Source of the DNA: Nitrospira sp.
Lineage (GTDB): Bacteria > Nitrospirota > Nitrospiria > Nitrospirales > Nitrospiraceae
Length of the DNA stretch: 43,178 nt
Assembly (NCBI GenBank): GCA_009885705.1
Contig: VFKF01000146.1
Coordinates: forward strand, 1-43,178
Direction: 5' to 3'
A program made the translations under genes and the position numbers. Shown piece by piece: positions 9,994 to 18,775 of the stretch (the first letter of the stretch is position 1; the number at the start of each line of letters is the position of its first letter). The notes beneath the pieces are model-generated. The model worked only from the letters and a program-made list of their open reading frames with translations, ran no database searches and had not been told where the DNA came from.

Positions 9994-10212
9994 CTTGAGA
10001 AGCTCCGTGGTACCACCCTGATTTAGCCATGAGCAACGTACTCGCTGCTCACGACCCTTCATTGCGCCCGGTCACGGGGGCGAAACGGAATCCATTACTC
10101 TGGTTTCACGGATTCTGGCTCAGAGGCGAGTTCGGCGCCGCATAGGCTGGTTTGCACCATTCACCAGCTCTCTCGATGCTATGCGAATCGCGTACTACTC
10201 CTCATCGCAGCC
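9959..10212 (-). promoter_or_regulatory. T-box riboswitch leader, specifier CUC (Leu), controlling leuA
   Basis: Minus-strand elements in order:
- stem I base UGCGAUGAG-GAGUAGUA (10209-10193);
- AG bulge AGAGAG (10173-10168);
- distal loop GGUGAAUGG (10165-10157);
- specifier loop GAA-CUC-G, with CUC at 10130-10128;
- stem III GAGCAGCG-AGUA-CGUUGCUC;
- T-box sequence AAAUCAGGGUGGUACCACGGAGCU (10024-10001).
The antiterminator (AGGG / UGGUACC bulge / ACGGAG pairing with CUCCGU-CCCU) competes with the terminator. Confidence 0.9.
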
Positions 10213-10226
10213 ACGCACAATTCAAT

Positions 10227-11018
10227 TTAGACTGACTGCTCGGTCTTGGCCGGCGAGCGCTTCCCGGACATTTTCACGACAAGCCCGACAAGCCGTTCTG
10301 CCGGACCGAGCAAGGCATACCCAGCGAATATGACAAATAACATGACCGGGGGCCAGGCGGCGACGAGCATGAGTGCGAGAATTCCCCACACGAGATACGT
10401 AATATGCCGCCCGCCGCGAAACTTCAGATCTTTAAAACTTCGATACTTAATAGTGCTGACCATCAAGAATGAAAGAGCCAGAGTTACAATCAGGACCAGA
10501 AGAGGTTTCACTTCCGTGCCAATCCTGACGCTATAGTGATCGAAAATGACGAGTGAGGCCACGACCCCTGCCGCCGCAGGGATGGCGAGCCCGGTAAAAT
10601 ACTTGCCGTCCGACGTCGCGACAGTCGAATTAAATCTGGCCAACCGAACCGCACCCATCGCGACATAGGCAAACATCACCGCAATGCCAAATGTCCCCTG
10701 TCCGCTCAGGGCCCACGAGTAAATCAAGAGGCCTGGGGCGACTCCGAACGACACCACGTCTGACAACGAATCATATTCGAGACCGAAATGGCTGGTGCTG
10801 TTCGTTAACCGCGCCGATTTTCCATCGAGCACGTCGAAGATCATTGCCACCAGAATGGCGACGGACGCGACCATGTAGTTCGCATTGAACACCGACAATA
10901 TCGCAAAGACTCCGCAGAGGAGATTCCCCGTCGTGAACAGATTCGGAATCAGGTGCATGGCGGCTTTACGCCGTTTTCCATCGCGGCCGAATGATTGACG
11001 CAGCGCCGTAGTTTTCAT
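10227..11018 (-). CDS. pssA: CDP-diacylglycerol--serine O-phosphatidyltransferase
   Basis: 263 aa, polytopic, with the CDP-alcohol phosphatidyltransferase motif DVLDGKSARLTNSTSHFGLEYDSLSD. Its start overlaps the psd stop (ATGA). Confidence 0.9.
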   Translation of the reverse strand: MKTTALRQSFGRDGKRRKAAMHLIPNLFTTGNLLCGVFAILSVFNANYMVASVAILVAMIFDVLDGKSARLTNSTSHFGLEYDSLSDVVSFGVAPGLLIYSWALSGQGTFGIAVMFAYVAMGAVRLARFNSTVATSDGKYFTGLAIPAAAGVVASLVIFDHYSVRIGTEVKPLLVLIVTLALSFLMVSTIKYRSFKDLKFRGGRHITYLVWGILALMLVAAWPPVMLFVIFAGYALLGPAERLVGLVVKMSGKRSPAKTEQSV

Positions 11019-11665
11019 GGCAATTCTCCCAAGATGGTTTCTCCACCTTTGACTCGATCGCCAACTGCAACTTTCAGAACTGTCCCGAGAGGAAGAAACG
11101 TATCCATCCGCGATCCGAATCGAATCAGCCCAAACCGTTCACCGAGTATGGCCCGATCCCCGGCTGAAATCCAACAGACAATCCGCCTGGCAATCAATCC
11201 GGCCACCTGCACACAGAGCACCTTTGCGCCCTGAGCCGTCCGAATCATCAACGCATTTTGTTCGTTCCGCAACGTGGCATCAGGTCTGCTTGCCACGAGA
11301 AACAAACCCGACTGATACTGCACCTCCTCGACAACCCCTTCACAGGGAATCCGATTGATATGCACATCGAATACGTTCAAAAAGATAGTGACACGGATGC
11401 TGCGATCCTTGATGAATCGAGGTTCGAACTCCTCTTCGATGGCAATGACTTTCCCGTCACCCGATGCCACGAGGAGCCGAGGCCCTTGAGGGATCACTCG
11501 ATGGGGGTTCCGGAAAAACCAGACGACAAAGAGCGTCAGACCTGCTCCGCCAACCGCCGCAATCATCCCACCCAGCCAGCCTGCCAACAGTGTAACGCCA
11601 ACAGCAGCCCCGATGAAGGGAATTCCTTCTTTGGCAAACGGGATGCCGACGGCACGATCTGCCAC
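11015..11665 (-). CDS. psd: Phosphatidylserine decarboxylase proenzyme, short type
   Basis: 216 aa with two N-terminal transmembrane segments and an FGSRMD self-cleavage-type motif near the C-terminus. Confidence 0.9.
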   Translation of the reverse strand: MADRAVGIPFAKEGIPFIGAAVGVTLLAGWLGGMIAAVGGAGLTLFVVWFFRNPHRVIPQGPRLLVASGDGKVIAIEEEFEPRFIKDRSIRVTIFLNVFDVHINRIPCEGVVEEVQYQSGLFLVASRPDATLRNEQNALMIRTAQGAKVLCVQVAGLIARRIVCWISAGDRAILGERFGLIRFGSRMDTFLPLGTVLKVAVGDRVKGGETILGELP

Positions 11666-11679
11666 AGAAACCTCGTTTC

Positions 11680-12696
<1,017 letters not shown>

Positions 12697-12756
12697 TCAC
12701 TCCTTGGGTAATAGTCGTATCAGGAAACTGATGGGACGTTGGGTCCGTGGTGACGC

Positions 12757-13281
12757 CTATTCGCGGGCAACTTTTTTCGTCTGCAGGCTCGTCGAGCGAA
12801 TCGACTCGCGGGCGACCGCGACCCGTCCGGTCCTGGTGAGCTCTTTGATGCCGAGCGGTTGCAGCAAGTTGATGATCGCTTCGATCTTGTGAGGATCTCC
12901 GGTCACTTCAATCGTATAGGTTGCCGGTGTGGAGTCGATGACGTTAGCCCGGAAAATATCGGCAATCCGTAACGCTTCCGCGCGATCTTCCGGTCGCGTA
13001 TGCACTTTGATGAGTGCGGTCTCCCGCGAGACGAAATCGCTCTCATTCAAATCCACGACCTTGATGACGTCGATCAGTTTGTTGAGCTGCTTCACGATCT
13101 GTTCGATAATCCGATCGTCTCCGGAGGTGACGATGGTCATCTGCGACATGGACGGATCGAGCGTCGGCGCAACAGAGAGACTTTCAATGTTGAAGCCACG
13201 ACCGCTAAACAAACCGGCGACGCGAGACAACGAGCCAAACTTATTCTCTACCGTGATCGAAATTATATGTTCCATACCCAA
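12757..13281 (-). CDS. ilvN: Acetolactate synthase small (regulatory) subunit
   Basis: 174 aa with an ACT domain start (HIISITVENKFGSLSRVAGLFSGRGFNIESLSV) and a C-terminal ALS_ss_C-like part. Confidence 0.92.
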   Translation of the reverse strand: MGMEHIISITVENKFGSLSRVAGLFSGRGFNIESLSVAPTLDPSMSQMTIVTSGDDRIIEQIVKQLNKLIDVIKVVDLNESDFVSRETALIKVHTRPEDRAEALRIADIFRANVIDSTPATYTIEVTGDPHKIEAIINLLQPLGIKELTRTGRVAVARESIRSTSLQTKKVARE

Positions 13282-13300
13282 TCTGTACTCCCGACACCCT

Positions 13301-15076
13301 TTAGGCCGTGAGGATCGTATCCGAGTCCTTCGGCATCACTTGCCCGGATCCTGCCTGCTTATTTTTCAAGGCTGGCGGATCTTCCAAAATCATCTCATGA
13401 TTACACCCGCCGGCGGGAATCATCGGATAGACGTTCTCATATCGATACGTCGGTACATCGACGATGACCGGCTTATTCACGGCAATCGCTTCCTTCAAAA
13501 CATCATCGATTTCAGAAGGCTTGCTGGCCCGAAGTCCGACCGCTCCGTACGCTTCCGCCAACTTCACGAAATCCGGCGTTGTCTCCAGATCGCTCGACGC
13601 ATACCGTCCTTCGTAAAAAAGATCCTGCCATTGACGAACCATTCCATGAAACCGGTTATTGAGCACGATAATCTTCACCGGCAACTTATGCACGACGGCC
13701 GTCGCCATTTCCTGCATGTTCATCTGGATACTGCCGTCGCCAGCGATACAGAGCACCAACCGGCCTGGAAATGCCGCCTGCGCCCCCATGGCGGCAGGAA
13801 ACCCGAACCCCATGGTCCCAAGCCCGCCCGAGGTCAACCAGCGGTTCGGCTTGGCCAACTTAAAATACTGGGCGGCCCACATCTGATGTTGCCCCACGTC
13901 GGTCGACACAATCGGGTCCAGATCTTTCGTCAGCTCATAGAGCCGCTTGATCACGTACTGCGGCTTGGTCGGACCATCAGCCGCCTGTTGATAGGCAAGA
14001 GGATTGGCCTGTTGCCATTCATGAAGCTGATTCCACCAGGGCTTGCGTAATTCGCGCTGATCGCCGTTCACCGTGGCACGAAGAATCTGGAGTAACTCGC
14101 GAAGCACGGTCTTACAATCGCCCACGATCGGGATATCGACATTCACATTCTTCCGAATCGAGGTTGGATCAATATCGATGTGGATGACCTTGGCATGCGG
14201 GCAAAACTCGGAAACCTTTCCCGTCACACGGTCGTCGAACCGCGCCCCAATGGCCACAACCAGATCGGAATAATGCATCGCCATATTCGCACAATAGGTG
14301 CCATGCATGCCCAACATGCCCAAGGACTGCGGATGTTCCCCAGGGAAAGCCCCGAGTCCCATCAGGGTCATGTCGACCGGCATATGGGTCAACTCAGCCA
14401 ACTCCAGTAGCTCATGTGATGCACCCGAGAAGATGACACCGCCGCCGACGTACAGAATCGGCTTCTTCGCCTTCGTCATGGCCTCAGCCGCTTGCTTGAT
14501 CTGCCACTTATTGCCTTCATACACTGGGTTGTAGCTCCGAATGGCGACGGAGCTCGGATAGGTAAACTCCGCCTTATCCATCGATACGTCTTTGGGAATG
14601 TCGACGAGCACCGGACCTGGACGCCCAGTTGTCGCAATGTAAAACGCTTCTTTGATCGTCGTCGCCAAATCGGCGACATTCTTCACCAGAAAGTTGTACT
14701 TGGTGCAAGGACGGCTCAAGCCGATATTATCCGCTTCTTGGAATGCGTCATTCCCAATCAGGCTCGTCGGCACTTGCCCGGTAAAACACACCATCGGTAC
14801 CGAATCCATGTAGGCATCAGCTAAGGCCGTGATGACATTGGTCATGCCTGGTCCTGAGGTCACAAGACAAACTCCGGCTTTACCGGTTGCCTTGGCATAA
14901 CCTTCCGCCATATGGCCTGCACCCTGCTCATGGCGAGTGAGGACCACTTCAATGTCTTTCTGTTGGTGAAGCATGTCGAAAATCTTCAATACGACACCAC
15001 CAGGAAGCGCAAAAACCGTTTTCACGCCTTCCCGCTTCAGGCATTCGATGAGGATTTCAGCACCTGTGAGCTTCAT
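13301..15076 (-). CDS. ilvB: Acetolactate synthase large (catalytic) subunit
   Basis: TPP enzyme with MKLTGAEILIECLKREGV and GGLGTMGFGFPAAMGA...GDGSIQMNMQE. The ORF track starts at GTG 15094. I prefer the ATG at 15076, because GGAGG lies 7 nt upstream of it. Confidence 0.95.
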   Translation of the reverse strand: MKLTGAEILIECLKREGVKTVFALPGGVVLKIFDMLHQQKDIEVVLTRHEQGAGHMAEGYAKATGKAGVCLVTSGPGMTNVITALADAYMDSVPMVCFTGQVPTSLIGNDAFQEADNIGLSRPCTKYNFLVKNVADLATTIKEAFYIATTGRPGPVLVDIPKDVSMDKAEFTYPSSVAIRSYNPVYEGNKWQIKQAAEAMTKAKKPILYVGGGVIFSGASHELLELAELTHMPVDMTLMGLGAFPGEHPQSLGMLGMHGTYCANMAMHYSDLVVAIGARFDDRVTGKVSEFCPHAKVIHIDIDPTSIRKNVNVDIPIVGDCKTVLRELLQILRATVNGDQRELRKPWWNQLHEWQQANPLAYQQAADGPTKPQYVIKRLYELTKDLDPIVSTDVGQHQMWAAQYFKLAKPNRWLTSGGLGTMGFGFPAAMGAQAAFPGRLVLCIAGDGSIQMNMQEMATAVVHKLPVKIIVLNNRFHGMVRQWQDLFYEGRYASSDLETTPDFVKLAEAYGAVGLRASKPSEIDDVLKEAIAVNKPVIVDVPTYRYENVYPMIPAGGCNHEMILEDPPALKNKQAGSGQVMPKDSDTILTA

Positions 15077-15220
15077 GATAGAACCTCCATCCACCCCGCC
15101 GGTGAAAACCGAGCGGAGGAATCGGCACGATAGGCGACGTTGCGGTTTATCCTAAATAGACCGGACCGGAATCCCATGATAACTCAGAACATTCTGAAAA
15201 ATCAGGGATAAAGATCTGTA

Positions 15221-15249
15221 ATCCTAGCATCACACATTTCATCGCGTCA
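15221..15249 (-). promoter_or_regulatory. Candidate sigma-70 promoter for ilvB (TTGACG, 17 nt, TAGGAT)
   Basis: On the minus strand, TTGACG is at 15249-15244 and TAGGAT at 15226-15221 with a 17-nt spacer. This would give a leader of about 135 nt. Sequence match only. Confidence 0.3.
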
Positions 15250-15351
15250 ATAGAGCGGCATGCCAGGCCCACCGCTCGCTGACAGTCTCCCTCCTCACAT
15301 GATATCGTTCAAATCATCTCGCACATCCTGTTGGCCTTGAGTCGTCACTCC

Positions 15352-15660
15352 ATGAACATGCCAGTCCATGTGACCATTCTCTCGCGTAAAGACTGCCATC
15401 TCTGCGATGTCATGTTCCGTATCACATTGCATCTCCAGGCAGAGCTAAACATCACCACAACAAAAGTTGATATTGAAGGTGATTGCGCGTTGACGGAACG
15501 TTATGGATCGAGAGTTCCCGTCGTCTTAATCGACGAGGTCGAACACTGCTCAGGGAAAGTGACGGAGGGGGAACTCCGTCGAGCGATAAAAAAAGCGCGG
15601 TGGAGAAGACCTATAAGCCGGATTCTGTCCCGTCTGGGATATGGTCCCAAGCGGGGATGA
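15352..15660 (+). CDS. Glutaredoxin-like protein (DUF836/thioredoxin fold, CHLC motif)
   Basis: VHVTILSRKDCHLCDVM...VDIEGDCALTERYGSRVPVVLIDEV...G resembles small glutaredoxin-2-like proteins. The last 20 or so codons (RWRRPISRILSRLGYGPKRG) are antisense to the 3' end of rnpB. Confidence 0.65.
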   Translation: MNMPVHVTILSRKDCHLCDVMFRITLHLQAELNITTTKVDIEGDCALTERYGSRVPVVLIDEVEHCSGKVTEGELRRAIKKARWRRPISRILSRLGYGPKRG

Positions 15661-16026
15661 TCATTTCTCTGGGATTCGAGTTACCTCGAACCTCAAGCGA
15701 CCTACCCGAAGACCTCGGCCGGGCCAGCCGGTCGCCGGCTTTCCGAAGAAAACCGACAGATGTCTTCCTATTTGGCCTTGCATCGGGCGACGCTTACCCT
15801 GCCAGTGATGTTACCATCACCGCGGTGGGCTCTTACCCCGCCGTTTCACCCTTACCTGATCCCCAGCGACAAGACTTGCATCTCATCGCTGTGGCCATCG
15901 GCGGTTTATTCTCTGTGGTGCTGGTGTCGGATCGCTCCGCCTGGGCGTTACCCAGCGCCCTGCCCATGAAGTCCGGACTTTCCTCCCGGAGCGTTGCCGC
16001 TCCGAGCGATCACCCGGTCTTCTCCC
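15599..16026 (-). ncRNA. rnpB: RNase P RNA, bacterial type A
   Basis: The minus strand is collinear with E. coli M1 RNA.
- P1 5' strand GGAGAAGACC (16025-16016) pairs with GGUCUUCUCC (15611-15602).
- Conserved blocks include GGGAGGAAAGUCCGGAC..GGGCAGGGCGCUGGGUAACGCCCAGG, ACAGAGAAUAAACCGCCGAUGGCC and GAUCAGGUAAGGGUGAAACGGCGGGGUAAGAGCCCACCGCG.
- Further blocks are GCAAGGCCAAAUAGG and ACAGAAUCCGGCUUAUAGGUCUUCUCCACC. Confidence 0.93.
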
Positions 16027-16126
16027 TCGCGCAGCCTGAGTATAGAAAGGGCACAGAGAGGATGCAAGTCGGCGGACCATCCGGCTCCCGCCTCCGACCC
16101 GCAACGGGACCTCTTGCACACCTAAC

Positions 16127-16990
16127 CTAACGCAATGTCGGCAAAACCACGGCAGGCGCAGGCTGTTTCGATTGAAAAATCCCCATGGCCTCCGGCATCC
16201 ACTGTTTCAGTTGATCGATTCTGGTCTCATTACTCGGATGAGTCGACATGAACTCTGAAGGGCCGCCACCGCCCGACAATTGCCCCATCCGCTCCCAAAG
16301 TGAAACCGACTCACGTGGATCGTATCCCGCATCGGCAGCAAGGAGAATGCCGATGTAGTCCGCTTCAGATTCGTGTTTCCGACTGAACGGCAATAACACC
16401 CCAACCTGTGCCCCGGCACCGAGTGCCGCCATCGCGGCCTGGGACATCATCCCTCCGCCACCGGCGGCCCCTGCTGCAGCCCCTGCCACCTGCAAGGCCG
16501 CATTCGTCAACTGTCCCTGGCTCATCCGTTCCGCCCCATGACGGGCCAGCGCATGCACGACTTCATGTCCCATGACCGCTGCCAATCCAGCCTCAGTCCG
16601 TGCCACTGGGAAAATTCCCGTATACACCGCAATCTTGCCTCCGGGTAATGCGAAGGCATTCATGGTTTTATCATCTTTGATGACGATCACTTCCCACTGA
16701 AACTGCTGGGCCATTTCCGCGTATTTTGAACGTTTCGCCGCCTCAATAATTCGTGCAGCGACCCGCTTCACTGGCTCAATCTCTCGAGGATCTTGCGACT
16801 GTCGAAGTTTGGGGTCGGTCTTTACCTGACTATAGGCCTGCGCACCCATCTGCATTTCTTGTGGCACGGATGTCATGAGCAACTGCGACCGACCCGTATA
16901 GGGATTCGTCTCGCACCCGCTGACCACCAGCAGTCCGAGCCCGGCCACCATCAACAATCCTCTGTGCAAGAAGGACGTCCATGCCTGCAT
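16127..16990 (-). CDS. M48 family zinc metallopeptidase, lipoprotein
   Basis: 287 aa with lipobox LVVSGC, HEVVHALARH (HExxH) and a downstream ESEADYIG glutamate ligand region. Confidence 0.85.
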   Translation of the reverse strand: MQAWTSFLHRGLLMVAGLGLLVVSGCETNPYTGRSQLLMTSVPQEMQMGAQAYSQVKTDPKLRQSQDPREIEPVKRVAARIIEAAKRSKYAEMAQQFQWEVIVIKDDKTMNAFALPGGKIAVYTGIFPVARTEAGLAAVMGHEVVHALARHGAERMSQGQLTNAALQVAGAAAGAAGGGGMMSQAAMAALGAGAQVGVLLPFSRKHESEADYIGILLAADAGYDPRESVSLWERMGQLSGGGGPSEFMSTHPSNETRIDQLKQWMPEAMGIFQSKQPAPAVVLPTLR

Positions 16991-17087
16991 CGCACTTCCT
17001 CCTGAAAATCACCCGCGTCTACGCGTATAAAAATTGACCGTCCCTTAAGGCTTTGTTAGATTACCGCGCCGCAATGAAAATCTCTAC

Positions 17088-17762
17088 TTGAGTGACTACC
17101 CTGTGCCCACGACAACAACTGCCACGATAGAGCGTATCGGTATCGATGAGTCCGGCAAGGGAGACTATTTCGGTCCTCTCGTCATCGCCGCGGTCTTCGT
17201 CGACGCGACGACGCAGGCCGAACTAGCCCTCATGAACGTTCGGGACAGCAAGAAGATCGCCGACGGACGTATCTCGATATGGCTCCCGATATCTGAATGA
17301 TTTGCCCCCACAGCATTATCGCGATCGGCCCGCAACGATACAACGAACTCTATGCAAAGATCATGAACTTGAATCACTTGCATGGCCTGGGGCCATGCAA
17401 AAGCGCTGGAGACATTACTGGAAAAGGTGTCGTGCAGCCGCGCGATTGCAGACCGGTTCGGAGACGAGCGGCTGATCCTGAATGCGCTACAAGAGAAAGG
17501 ACGCCCCGTCCTACTCGAGCAGCGGCATAAAGCTGAGTCCGATCTGGCCGTGGCTGCGGCTTCGATCCTAGCCCGTGCCGAATTCCTGCTCCGATTGAAA
17601 CGGCTCTCGGACGAGATCGGCACGACACTGCCGAAAGGCGCATCACCCGCCGTTGAACTAGCCGGACGGATGATTATGAAGAAACATGGGGAAGAACGCT
17701 TAGGGTCGGTCGCGAAGCTGCACTTTAAAACGACTCAGACGGTACGGGGGGAAACGGACTAA
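17088..17762 (+). pseudogene. rnhC: RNase HIII-like gene lacking the N-terminal substrate-binding domain, disrupted by a -1 shift, an in-frame TGA and a +1 shift
   Basis: - Frame A (17088-17273): GIDESGKGDYFGPLVIAAVFVD...VRDSKKIADGRI.
- The homologous continuation LDMAPDI-TGA-MICPHSIIAIGPQRYNELYAKIMNLNHL lies in another frame (17273-17380), with the TGA at 17294-17296.
- Frame A resumes at 17382: MAWGHAKALETLL...HKAESDLAVAAASILARAEF...LPKGASP...KLHFKTT. Confidence 0.8.
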
Positions 17763-18535
17763 ACCGACTCGCCGATCTCAAGGATGGAGCTCTTGTCGGG
17801 ATCGGGCCCCGGATGTGCTACCACAGGGATTTGCCCATCCCAATAGAGCATCCGTCGACAATAGGGGCAGGTCTGAAGATCTTGCGAACGCTTCACTTCT
17901 GAAATCAGTTGCGGAGCAAGTTGCAAGCGGCACCCGGAACAGGTTCCATCTTTAATCTCAGCGAGGGCTTGATCCTTCCCCGCCGCCTTGATCGCCGTAT
18001 ACCGCCTCAGGAGCCCCTTCTCGACATGGGCGGAATGGGCTTGCTGTTGTCCTTCAAGATCCGCCAGCTCAGCTGAGATCTTTTTCTCCAATTCATCGGA
18101 GATCTTTTTCTCTTGGGTAAAGACCTTTTCGACGACAGCCAGTTTCGCTTGTGCTTCTTTGGCGGTCTGCTGCAGCTGCTCGATTTTCTCCATGCAGAGC
18201 AGAATCTTTTCTTCGAAGTCGCCTTTCTTCTTGTTGGCCACCTCGATCTCAAACAGATGAGCCTGATATTCCTTGTTGGATTTCAGCTCGGACAGCCGCG
18301 ATTTCATCTTTTCAGTATGGGCTTCGTGAACCTCAAGGTCCTTTTCATGCGACCGCCGTTCTTTGACGATAATCTCTAGCGCAGCATTGGTCTCCTGGAG
18401 AAGCTGCTTGGCCTCTCGAAGCGGAGTCTCAACCGCGTTCAGTCGTTCGGGAAACTTTCGACGTTGATTATTGATCTCCATGATTCGGAGATCCAACTTT
18501 TGCAGCGCGATCAGGGGGGAAAGGTTATGGTTCAA
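17759..18535 (-). CDS. Coiled-coil / C4 zinc-ribbon protein (COG1579, DUF164-like)
   Basis: 258 aa with a long heptad-rich region, then CSGCRLQL...CPYCRRMLYW. It overlaps the rnhC stop convergently by 4 nt. Confidence 0.8.
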   Translation of the reverse strand: MNHNLSPLIALQKLDLRIMEINNQRRKFPERLNAVETPLREAKQLLQETNAALEIIVKERRSHEKDLEVHEAHTEKMKSRLSELKSNKEYQAHLFEIEVANKKKGDFEEKILLCMEKIEQLQQTAKEAQAKLAVVEKVFTQEKKISDELEKKISAELADLEGQQQAHSAHVEKGLLRRYTAIKAAGKDQALAEIKDGTCSGCRLQLAPQLISEVKRSQDLQTCPYCRRMLYWDGQIPVVAHPGPDPDKSSILEIGESV

Positions 18536-18596
18536 CGCACTCCTCTAACTGTTGTTCTGCACAACGGTCTCAATCTATTGAGTTCTCTGCCCCTGC

Positions 18597-18673
18597 TGGT
18601 GGGCCCACTAGGACTTGAACCTAGGACCAGCTGATTATGAGTCAGCCGCTCTAACCACCTGAGCTATGGGCCC
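18597..18673 (-). tRNA. tRNA with anticodon CAU; resembles the lysidine-modified tRNA-Ile2 more than elongator tRNA-Met
   Basis: The minus strand reads GGGCCCAUAGCUCAGGUGGUUAGAGCGGCUGACUCAUAAUCAGCUGGUCCUAGGUUCAAGUCCUAGUGGGCCCACCA. It folds as a cloverleaf with a 7-bp acceptor stem, a GUUCAAGUC T-loop and an encoded CCA. The overall sequence is close to E. coli ileX, and C4-G69 and C5-G68 are present. Confidence 0.95.
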
Positions 18674-18775
18674 GATCAGGCGGATGACTCTGTCGCGCCT
18701 GCCCCGCAGACAACAACGGGTGATTCTAGGCTGCACAGGGGACGGAGTCAAATCACCCGGACGCCCCATATGGCA

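Noticed and set aside
9680-10062. ORFs 9680..10021 (+) and 9838..10062 (-), with Arg-rich translations (RRLRRTRRVRRREARDRE).
   Set aside because: They run through the 5' end of leuA (antisense), the 127-bp palindrome and the T-box terminator. The RNA and repeat interpretation accounts for the sequence, and the Arg-rich peptide is a by-product of the GC-rich palindrome.
15077-15213. A possible Leu/Val/Ile leader-peptide attenuator upstream of ilvB.
   Set aside because: The only small ORF in the leader (MGFRSGLFR) is not enriched in branched-chain codons, and I could not find a convincing terminator/antiterminator pair.
15483-16130. A 215-aa plus-strand ORF, together with ORFs 15760..15969 and 15883..16119.
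   Set aside because: They cover the RNase P RNA gene, and the conserved RNA sequence blocks explain the region.
17294-17296. The in-frame TGA in the RNase HIII-like gene, considered as selenocysteine or programmed recoding. The two frame changes were also considered as programmed frameshifts.
   Set aside because: I see no SECIS-like hairpin immediately downstream and no slippery heptamer at either shift. The position is not a catalytic residue in RNase HIII. Three independent lesions in 110 bp fit decay or sequence error better.
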